Positions 29,701 through 37,069 of a stretch of DNA of 55,099 nucleotides are shown here, in pieces. Below the pieces are notes generated by a model, which was not told the DNA's origin, made no database searches, and worked only from the letters and a program-made list of their open reading frames with translations. The DNA is from an uncultured Verrucomicrobiales bacterium (lineage in GTDB: Bacteria; Verrucomicrobiota; Verrucomicrobiia; Verrucomicrobiales; DEV007): NCBI GenBank assembly GCA_938091905.1, contig CALKOM010000063.1:1-55099 (forward strand), given 5' to 3'. Each line of letters begins with the position of its first letter. The first letter of the stretch is position 1. The translations under genes were made by a program, and so were the position numbers.

Positions 29701-30608
29701 TGAGGACGCCTTCTGGCGGCAATGGGAACTTTGGCGGCGCTTCACTAGAACTATTCAGCGGGTCACAGCTGTTCGTGCAGGGATCTGGTGCCAAGATCTC
29801 AGACTTGGTCCTCAAGGATGCTCGTCTTGTACAGGGAGGGACGGTTGGTAGCACCGTGCGACTCGAGGGGGAGATCTCGGTCGTCGAGCCCTCTTTCGTC
29901 TTCTTTGATCAAGATAATAGCACGTTTGAGATTGCTTCGACGATTAGCGGTGACCAGCAGCTGTCGCTCAGCCAGACATCGCCGTTCCGTCAGAAAGGCT
30001 TGGAAGGTGGAGAAGTTGCCTTGTCAGGAAATAATGAGGGATTCACTGGTGGCTGGGAAGTGCAGGGCATGATCGTGCGTTCTGGGAATAACAATGCCTT
30101 TGGTCAGTCTGACATCACTCTCATCGATGCCACGCTTGATCCGGATACAAATCTGAACATGCCTAACCAGAAGTTGGCCTTGATTGGGCAAGATGTGAGG
30201 ATCGTGCTGGATAACGACATGGCTTTTGCTGAGGTGAGTGCAGGCGAGTTTGCCTTTCCGGAAGGCACTTACACGGCTGATGATCTCTTGGGCTTAGGCT
30301 TCACGGAAGACAATGTCTTCGATGGTGGTGGTGTTCTCGTCGTTGGCGGTGAGGTCGAACCTGGGCCGATTCCTGGCACTGATCCTGAGTCGAGTGGAGA
30401 TTTCCGCGTCACATCGATCGCAAGCGATGGAGACCAGATCCAAATTAGCTGGACAAGTGATGCGGAATCTTCCTACGCTGTGGAAACGAGCGCGGATGGC
30501 GAAGCTTGGCAGAATGCAGAGACCGGAATCGCCGGCGCTGGAGGAGAGACAAGCGCCATGGTAAACCGCGCTGGTAAACTGCAGCTCATCCGTATTCGGA
30601 AAGAATAG
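26742..30608 (+). CDS. Large secreted modular protein: two 'WAIDN' domains, Ig-like spacers, LamG, TSP3-like repeats, beta-helix-like module, C-terminal module
   Basis: Signal peptide ending LPLHG|QT; internal ~200-aa duplication; LamG; DxDxDG repeats; no catalytic motif recognised. Confidence 0.82.
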   Translation: MQPNKFLTHAGACLGFAFLTLPLHGQTLFEESFDSVTLGPNVDETVESDAAWSATPPEGWTVDNSKMPMVDGELIGTTEWRGWTFADPAWWASVDDQRRSEFTNANGAAAVADPDEWDDVEGPAGVGNFESYLISPDIDIASAAGGSASLAFDFSWRPEGNQTGNVTVAFDGGDSSEIFRLDTATSNDDMTNESRTVAFSVPEGAQMMKLSFGMFDAGNNWFWAIDNVSILPSSDPVLPSGLTGTSNVLAKTVTLSWESASNIAGTLEVLRDDVIIAELPIDATEYVDSEPPGNDADGRIAYVYGLRVKADGIDAEAISQEIVYSTGASMRTLFEESFDSVVLGEAVDEPGLGEGMDWTAEPPAGWTVDNSKMPMEDDEVLGTTEWRGWTFADPIFWAQVDDQRRSEFVNASGAVAIADPDEWDDVGGPAGVGAFESYLISPPINVVAEAGGNVSLVFDSSWRPEGNQKGNVTVSYDGGEAQEVLLLSTATTQDNETNEKKVLSLAIPAGAQEMVLTFGMFDAGNNWFWAIDNVLVTTLAVPICPTALASKVDLEAETVTLSWIAGANLEDAVIEVWRDGKRIVGDLPGDAGSYVDNITGVDVSESVLFSYELRVVGGPVECVPLTRTVVFSQGAISKLAQWDFEEGSGVFAANSEGDGLVGDLVDLTADSWVDANFLGGALTFAGDGYVDLGTSEEDDADRAKSDALRPQAGLTIAAWVNPDEFTEWAGIAGTLFDSGANEGGFYLNTRTPSDYSFALATESDGQLTYLRTEGVPGEWAYVVGTYDGEEQRLYLNGALADSRPASGPIDYDPAPFGFQIGTFIDDNEDVRFAGQITQVAMWNGALSEDQINLLFEIGRAGQNIDPALDSDGDGLLDEWEIANFGDLTAFSALDDPDNDQLINLSENREGTDPNKGDTDDDGVSDSTEIAFGSDANDGNAKPEATAVALLKSNNGVQSWDSPEVWSDGAAPSGSKTYFANGSFAPNLRTPSGGNGNFGGASLELFSGSQLFVQGSGAKISDLVLKDARLVQGGTVGSTVRLEGEISVVEPSFVFFDQDNSTFEIASTISGDQQLSLSQTSPFRQKGLEGGEVALSGNNEGFTGGWEVQGMIVRSGNNNAFGQSDITLIDATLDPDTNLNMPNQKLALIGQDVRIVLDNDMAFAEVSAGEFAFPEGTYTADDLLGLGFTEDNVFDGGGVLVVGGEVEPGPIPGTDPESSGDFRVTSIASDGDQIQISWTSDAESSYAVETSADGEAWQNAETGIAGAGGETSAMVNRAGKLQLIRIRKE
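26817..28350 (+). repeat. Intragenic duplication of a ~620-bp domain (about 26817-27435 and 27735-28350); third copy at about 33291-33936
   Basis: Near-identical blocks in both copies, e.g. GTTEWRGWTFADP, DDQRRSEF, ADPDEWDD, SWRPEGNQ and GMFDAGNNWFWAIDNV, also visible at DNA level. Confidence 0.9.
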
Positions 30609-30641
30609 TCGGCTCACTTAATCCCACTCCAACTCACTTCT

Positions 30642-33600
30642 ATGAAACGCGCACACCTCGTACTCTCGCGGGTGCTTGCAGGCCTCAGCTTTGCTGGGCT
30701 TGCGGGCACGTCCATGGCCCAAGACGTCTCTTTAGTTAGGCGATTCGCAGCTTGGAACGACTCGGCAGCTTGGTCAGACGGTGCTGCCGCCAGTTCCGGA
30801 AAGAGCTATGTGGTGGATGCTACGGGTCAGGATCTGACGAGCCCAAGGGCTTTCAGTCCTTCATTCCCTGGCGATTCGCTGGCGATTCAGAGCGGTGGTA
30901 ACCTTGACCTGCGGCACTTTGGCGGATCGGCAAGCATCGCTGATCTGACGCTTTCCGGTGGGGCCATCACCCATGGTGCAGGACGCACCGTGGGTGTGGG
31001 CGGGCTGAATGAGGTCCTGACCGTGACAGAAGATTCGAGCCTCGTGGTTGTGCGCACCTCCCAAACCATGGAAGTGCGATCCAAGCTTACGGGCGCGGGC
31101 GGTCTTACAGCGCAAGGGGCTAGTGTGGAGCCAGGTGATCGGGCGACCATTGCGTTGTTGGGTGTCGGAACTGATTATCCTGGAGAGTGGACGGTTTCGA
31201 ATGTGACCCTCAACGCGGTGACGCCTGGTTCCATGGGGACTGGCAATGTGACCATTACAGAAGGCACTTTGGATTTCGACTATCGCTACAGTAATCCTGA
31301 GGGCGCGTTGACGATTCAGGGAGCTGAAAGTCGCCTATTACTGGATCAGGACATCACTTTTGGGCAGGCGTTCTTCGGAGAGACCCAATTGCCTGATGGT
31401 GTGCACCCCTGGTCGTTCTTTGATGGCCTGGGTGCTGGCGAGCAGATTCTCGACGGCGGCGGTCGCTTGATCATTGGAGATCAGGATGCTGACGACGATG
31501 GCATGCCAGACGTGCTGGAGAACGAATTCTTCGGCGATACGAGTAAAGGTGCGGATGCTGATGAAGACGCAGATGGCCTTAGCAATGCTAGTGAAGTCGC
31601 CGGGAACAGTGATCCAACGAAAGCTGACACGGATGAGGATGGGTTGAATGACGGTATCGAGGTTGCTGCGGGATCGGATCCTAGAGTGGCTGATACCGAC
31701 GGTGATGGCTTGAGTGACCAGGTGGAAGTGGAAACGGAACTTACGAATCCTCGATCGGTCGATACTGATGGCGATACTGTCAGTGATGGTGATGAAATAG
31801 CGAATGGCACGAAGCCATTGCTTGCCGATTCGGATTCGGATGGATTCGACGATGGCACGGAACTGGCTGCGGGTTCTGACCCTAACAATGCTGATGATAA
31901 GCCAAGTGGTAGCTTCATTCCCGCCCAGGTTGAAATTGGGGCGCCGGTTCTCTTGGACGTGGTCTTTGATGGTGGTGATCCCATTGCGACCAAAGAGGCG
32001 AATATGGCCTTGAATACTGATGAACCGGAAATCCTCTTTGTCACCACGGCGACGGATGGTGCCTTGAAAGATCCGGTTACCGGTGAGGATTCGCAACAGG
32101 CCGTTGTGGGATTCTTCATGGATCCACGTACGTTAGAGCAGACGCGCGATCCTTTCGTGATTTTAGGGAATCCTGACGGAGATCTCAAGCGCGTGGATGT
32201 GAAATACAATCCTGCATCGAAACAGTATGTCGTGGTTTCCGCCGCCCGTAGTTACCGGCCAAACTCGCAGGATTTGCCATTGATCGCGCTTGTGAACCCT
32301 AACAGCGTGGCTGGAGATGATAATCCCGTCGCCAAGGCGTTCGTGTATGACGGGGAATCCACCGTGAGCTATGACGACGTCGCGGTCGCGGTGAGCACGA
32401 ACAACGGGAACATTCTGGTCGTGGGCGAACACGATTTCGATGGCGAGGGCGAAGGGGTGGTGGGAGCCATGCTCGACAAGGATGGGAATATCCTGACACC
32501 GGAATTCACCAGGCTAGATCGCTTACAAGCCATTGGGGATGAGGACGATCCTGATGTGCTCTTTCTTCCTAATAATGATGTGTTTGTTTTTCTAGTCAAT
32601 ACGGATGGTGATGCTGCCCCAGACTTGTTGGATCGCATCACGGGCTCCGTGATCCAGCCAGTGCCCGACGCGGACGGCAAACTTCAGTTAGGTGATCAAG
32701 TTGTCTTGGGGGCGGACCGTAAAGAAGGTGTTGCCGAAGGACATCCAGCCGCTATTGAGAATCCTTTTACCAACGAGCTGATCGGTGCACTCGACTACAA
32801 CAATGGAGCGGACGGTGGGGACCTCTTCTACTTTCAGGTAGGTGAGGCACCGACCTTTGAACTAACGACGACACGAGATCAGATACCCTATCTGGAAGCG
32901 TCGGGTAGTGCCCCCTACCAACAGCGGCACCCACAATTAGCTGCGGATCTGAATAGCGGTGTCATCGTCGTTGGCCACCACGTCCGATCAAGCACCGCTG
33001 ATCCAGCGTTGCCGAACGGCTATGCGCTGACGGTTCTGGGTCCCGATGGCGCAGTGCTTCCCGGCCGCGGTGAGCTGAATAACGGCTTTCATGCCTTCTT
33101 GGAGAATGAGGCAGACACTGACAACGATGCGAATTGGACGAATGTGAAATATGATCCGCTGAGCGACTCCTTCATTGTGGTCTTTGCCGATTCTGCGGGT
33201 GAAACCAAGGTGGTCCGTTTCACGGTGGTTTCGAATCACTTGGAACAACCCAGCGAACCCGAACCCGAGCCAGAACCTGGCGACGAACCACTGTATAGCG
33301 AAGACTTTGAAGGCCTGACTCTTGGACCAAACGTTGATGAAAGCGTGGAAGGTGAGATGGTCTGGACAAACGAGCCGCCTGCAGATTGGGTGATCGACAA
33401 CAGCATGCTCTTTGGTGCGGATGAAGAAGGCGTGGGCGTGACGGAATGGAAGGGATGGGCATTTGCTAGTAAGGACTGGTGGATCGAAGCCGCTGAAGAT
33501 CAGCGGCGTTCCGAGTGGCTCAGCGGCAAAGGGACGGTCGCCATCGCAGATCCGGACGAATGGGACGATCTGGGCTCTCCAGGAGGTCAGGAGCCCGGTG

Positions 33601-35585
33601 GATTTAACACCTTCATGACCACGCCGCCGATATCACTTGCAGGGCTTTCTGCCAATACGGCGGTGCTCAGTTTTGACTCCAGTTGGCGCCCTGAGTTTGA
33701 TGACAACTACCATCAGTCAGGCAATGCTACGGTCACCTTTGACGGTGGCGATGCGATCGAACTCTTTGAATGGTTGTCCGACCCGGGCTCACCGAACTTC
33801 AAAGGCGAAGCGATCGATGAACGGGCTATCGTTCCCTTGAACAACCCGGACGGGGCTCAAAGTATGGTAATCACCTTTGGTGTGTTTGATGCAGGCAACG
33901 ACTGGTGGTGGGCAATCGACAACATTGAAGTGGCCACAGGCGCGGTGCTCTCGAAGATTGTTGGGCGGCGGAGTCGGGTTCTGTTAGAAATCACCGATAC
34001 TGGGACTAGCAAGATTGATGAGAACAGCGTGGTGCTTCAGGTCGACGGTCAGATGGTCGCGGCCGATGTTTCAAAATCGGATGGTGTCGTGCGTATCGAG
34101 TACACGCCAACGCCTCCTTTCGTTTCGGGTTCCGTGCATGCTTATGTGATTCAAGCGTCGGATGAAGGAGGAGCTTCCGTGAACTTTGACGGCATCTTTG
34201 ACGTCCCGGTCCCAACGTTGCCTGAAGATCCACTTCCAGGACCGGACGGAATCGATGGCGAGTTTGGCGTACGCTACATTTGGGGCGGTGGTACGTTCTC
34301 GAACATCAGTCATGTGGTGGACGCCCTCCAGGCGTTTGAGGCGGGCGCTTGGGAAGGCATCGCATTAGACTTCACCCATTCCTATATCAATCATGGCGAT
34401 GGCAACGGGCTGTTTCCCGAGGATGATTCGTATCCCGAGGAGGTGGAAGGCGATGAAGAGGGGCTGTGGAATGACGAGGACTTTGCGCAACTGTCTAAAG
34501 GGACTATTCGTGTGCCGGAGTCTGGTGAATACACCTTTGGGGTGCAGACCGATGATGGCTTTGCCTTGCGCATCTTCGGAGCGGAGTTCAGCAAAGTACA
34601 AGGAAATGGGCAGCTTGATCCTGGCAATGCCAATACGATGGCGCATCCTGGTACCACTGGAAACAGCTCTACCCGAGGCACGGTCACTCTTGCGAGAGGT
34701 GATTATGACATTGAGTTCGTTTGGTATGAGCGTGGTGGCGGCGATTTCGGTGAACTCTACATTGCCAAAGGGGCTTTTGATGGTGATGCGGATACCGATA
34801 CTTGGCAATTGTTAGGCAAGCCAGCCGATGGCGAAACTGCATTCGTGACGCTGGTCGGATCGCCGCTGGTGCTTCCAGAAATCACCAGCTTTGCATTCGA
34901 TGCGGACAAAGTGGTGATCGACTTCACGACCCCGGATGCCGACGCCGCTCATGAACTTCAGCAGAGCGCGGATCTGGTCGACTGGGAGTCGACCACGGTG
35001 GAGGAGTTGATCGACGTCGCGGAGGGCTTGACGCGTCGCTTTGATTTTCCACGGAGCGCCAGCACCGAGATTTACTATCGCGTGGCGGTGCTGCCGCCAC
35101 CTGCACTGTTTGCGGATGACTTTGAGAATGGAGCAGGTGATTGGATCGCAGAAATCGCCGCTGGTGATACGGCCTGGGAGTTGGGGACGCCGAACGCTGG
35201 TGGACTGACTTCTGCAGCAAGTGGAGCGAACGCCTGGGGCACCGCCATTGCGGGTAACTATGGTCCGGGCTCTGTCATTTCCTTGCGGTCGCCTGTGATT
35301 GATCTCACGGGGATTGGAAGACCCCAACTGAGTTTTAATTACTTCGTTGATTCGACGGAAGAGGTGGAAGGAGGTCAGCTGCGATTCCTGGATGAGGTAG
35401 GAGGTGAGCTCTTCACGCGCCAAGAGATCTTCTCTGGTAAAACCGAAACCTGGACTCCCTTCGCGTTGACGGTTCCTCGTGAAGCTCGGGATCAGAAGAT
35501 CGTGATCGAGTTCCGTTTCCTGAGCGATCCTGAGGATGATGGTCGAGCTGGGTGGTACCTCGATGATGTTGTCGTGGACCGTTGA
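30642..35585 (+). CDS. Giant secreted modular protein: beta-helix-like module, TSP3-like repeats, unknown ~440-aa domain, PE linker, 'WAIDN' domain, Ig-like, PA14-like, C-terminal module, MAM/cleaved-adhesin-like domain
   Basis: Signal peptide ending SMA|QD; many DTDGDG repeats; PEPEPEP linker; PA14 motif YTFGVQTDDGFAL..WYERGGG; terminal GWYLDDV. Confidence 0.82.
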   Translation: MKRAHLVLSRVLAGLSFAGLAGTSMAQDVSLVRRFAAWNDSAAWSDGAAASSGKSYVVDATGQDLTSPRAFSPSFPGDSLAIQSGGNLDLRHFGGSASIADLTLSGGAITHGAGRTVGVGGLNEVLTVTEDSSLVVVRTSQTMEVRSKLTGAGGLTAQGASVEPGDRATIALLGVGTDYPGEWTVSNVTLNAVTPGSMGTGNVTITEGTLDFDYRYSNPEGALTIQGAESRLLLDQDITFGQAFFGETQLPDGVHPWSFFDGLGAGEQILDGGGRLIIGDQDADDDGMPDVLENEFFGDTSKGADADEDADGLSNASEVAGNSDPTKADTDEDGLNDGIEVAAGSDPRVADTDGDGLSDQVEVETELTNPRSVDTDGDTVSDGDEIANGTKPLLADSDSDGFDDGTELAAGSDPNNADDKPSGSFIPAQVEIGAPVLLDVVFDGGDPIATKEANMALNTDEPEILFVTTATDGALKDPVTGEDSQQAVVGFFMDPRTLEQTRDPFVILGNPDGDLKRVDVKYNPASKQYVVVSAARSYRPNSQDLPLIALVNPNSVAGDDNPVAKAFVYDGESTVSYDDVAVAVSTNNGNILVVGEHDFDGEGEGVVGAMLDKDGNILTPEFTRLDRLQAIGDEDDPDVLFLPNNDVFVFLVNTDGDAAPDLLDRITGSVIQPVPDADGKLQLGDQVVLGADRKEGVAEGHPAAIENPFTNELIGALDYNNGADGGDLFYFQVGEAPTFELTTTRDQIPYLEASGSAPYQQRHPQLAADLNSGVIVVGHHVRSSTADPALPNGYALTVLGPDGAVLPGRGELNNGFHAFLENEADTDNDANWTNVKYDPLSDSFIVVFADSAGETKVVRFTVVSNHLEQPSEPEPEPEPGDEPLYSEDFEGLTLGPNVDESVEGEMVWTNEPPADWVIDNSMLFGADEEGVGVTEWKGWAFASKDWWIEAAEDQRRSEWLSGKGTVAIADPDEWDDLGSPGGQEPGGFNTFMTTPPISLAGLSANTAVLSFDSSWRPEFDDNYHQSGNATVTFDGGDAIELFEWLSDPGSPNFKGEAIDERAIVPLNNPDGAQSMVITFGVFDAGNDWWWAIDNIEVATGAVLSKIVGRRSRVLLEITDTGTSKIDENSVVLQVDGQMVAADVSKSDGVVRIEYTPTPPFVSGSVHAYVIQASDEGGASVNFDGIFDVPVPTLPEDPLPGPDGIDGEFGVRYIWGGGTFSNISHVVDALQAFEAGAWEGIALDFTHSYINHGDGNGLFPEDDSYPEEVEGDEEGLWNDEDFAQLSKGTIRVPESGEYTFGVQTDDGFALRIFGAEFSKVQGNGQLDPGNANTMAHPGTTGNSSTRGTVTLARGDYDIEFVWYERGGGDFGELYIAKGAFDGDADTDTWQLLGKPADGETAFVTLVGSPLVLPEITSFAFDADKVVIDFTTPDADAAHELQQSADLVDWESTTVEELIDVAEGLTRRFDFPRSASTEIYYRVAVLPPPALFADDFENGAGDWIAEIAAGDTAWELGTPNAGGLTSAASGANAWGTAIAGNYGPGSVISLRSPVIDLTGIGRPQLSFNYFVDSTEEVEGGQLRFLDEVGGELFTRQEIFSGKTETWTPFALTVPREARDQKIVIEFRFLSDPEDDGRAGWYLDDVVVDR

Positions 35586-35663
35586 GACTTTGCGACAAAT
35601 ACGGCCTCAATTGCATCGCTGTGTTGCCAGATGGTGGCTTGAGTGTTCGGTCTAGTTATCGAC

Positions 35664-37061
35664 ATGCATCCCCTAGAAATCCATCCTCGCTGCACTCCTG
35701 AACTTGATCCTGAATTTCTCCCGGCTGCCTTGTGGACGCGGGCCTACGAGAAAGTTGTAGGCGAGTGCGTGAAAGCAGAAGCTGTTCGTGTCTGGTTGCA
35801 GGGGCAGACAACTGAATTGGCGGCGATACTAAAAATCTTTCCTCAGGGCGATCATTCAACACTAACGGAATGTTATTTGGAGCGTGCGGTTAAGTTTTTA
35901 CTTTGGCAGCGTGGCGGCCACACGGTGGTTTTGGAGGGTTGTCCTTGGCTTGCTGAGTCGCTTCAAACCCGCTACGCGGCGGGTGGCGATCGCGCGTTTG
36001 ATTGTGAATTCATGGGGAGAAAGCTTTTCTTCAAGGCACTCAACTTCACGAGCACTCCGATTGAGGATTCTGAGGAGGCTGCGGAAACGAGTTCTCTTGG
36101 GCGGCACCTCGATGGTTGCCGAATTGGGTTCGATTTGGGAGGTAGCGATCGGAAAGCAGCTGCTTTAATCGATGGGAAGGTGGTATTCTCTGAAGAGATC
36201 GCCTGGGACCCTTACTTTCAATCGGACCCGAACTACCACTTCGCAGGCATTCGTGATTCCTTGCAGAGGGCAGCGTCTCACTTGCCGCAGGTTGATGCCA
36301 TCGGCGGTAGTGCGGCAGGAGTGTATGTGAACAATGAGGTTCGTGCGGGGTCGCTTTTCAGGGGCATTCCAGATGATCTCTTCGAAGACCATGTGCGGCG
36401 TATCTTTCACCGTGTGATGGAGGCCGAAGGGTGGGCTGATAAGCCTTGGGATGTGGTGAATGATGGCGACGTCACAGCATTGGCGGCGTCGATGTCCCTG
36501 AACAAGAATGCGGTGTTAGGCATTTCTATGGGTACTAGCCTCGCCGCAGGCTATGTAGACCCTGGCGGAAGCATCAGGCCGTGGCTAAATGAACTTGCGT
36601 TTGCTCCCATAGACTATCGCTCGGATGCGCCGGTTGATGAGTGGTCGGGAGATCACGGCTGTGGCGTGCAGTATTTCTCTCAGCAGGGTGTTGCCCGATT
36701 GGTGCCTCAGGCTGGCATCGATCTCTCATCTGAGATGCCGTTTCCGGAGCAACTCGTTGAAGTTCAAAGGCTCATGGGTGAGGGCGACGAACGTGCGGCT
36801 AAGATCTACCGGACCATCGGCGTGTACTTTGGCTATGCGATTGCGCACTATCACAGCTTCTATAATTTCGAACGCCTTCTGATTCTTGGGAGGGTGACCT
36901 CGGGTGCGGGTGGGGAGAGCATTCTTGAGGAAGCAAAGAAAGTCCTTCAGTTAGAGTTTCCTGACCTGGCCGAGAAAACGTCCATGCATACACCAAGCGA
37001 GCAGGACAAGCGTCACGGGCAAGCGATCGCTGCTGCGAGTTTAGCTGCTCTGAACAAGTAA
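35664..37061 (+). CDS. ROK family protein (putative sugar kinase) with N-terminal extension
   Basis: IGFDLGGSDRK, VNDGDVTALA, GISMGTS and NELAF motifs. Confidence 0.85.
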   Translation: MHPLEIHPRCTPELDPEFLPAALWTRAYEKVVGECVKAEAVRVWLQGQTTELAAILKIFPQGDHSTLTECYLERAVKFLLWQRGGHTVVLEGCPWLAESLQTRYAAGGDRAFDCEFMGRKLFFKALNFTSTPIEDSEEAAETSSLGRHLDGCRIGFDLGGSDRKAAALIDGKVVFSEEIAWDPYFQSDPNYHFAGIRDSLQRAASHLPQVDAIGGSAAGVYVNNEVRAGSLFRGIPDDLFEDHVRRIFHRVMEAEGWADKPWDVVNDGDVTALAASMSLNKNAVLGISMGTSLAAGYVDPGGSIRPWLNELAFAPIDYRSDAPVDEWSGDHGCGVQYFSQQGVARLVPQAGIDLSSEMPFPEQLVEVQRLMGEGDERAAKIYRTIGVYFGYAIAHYHSFYNFERLLILGRVTSGAGGESILEEAKKVLQLEFPDLAEKTSMHTPSEQDKRHGQAIAAASLAALNK

Positions 37062-37069
37062 TTTATTCA

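Noticed and set aside
29600..31480. Autotransporter call for the beta-helix-like modules
   Set aside because: None of the three proteins has a C-terminal beta-barrel or terminal aromatic signature.
31482..31900. Periodic GAT/GAC-rich sequence as a CRISPR array or DNA tandem repeat
   Set aside because: The periodicity is coding (DxDxDG Ca-binding repeats) with variable codons; there are no fixed repeats, spacers or cas genes.
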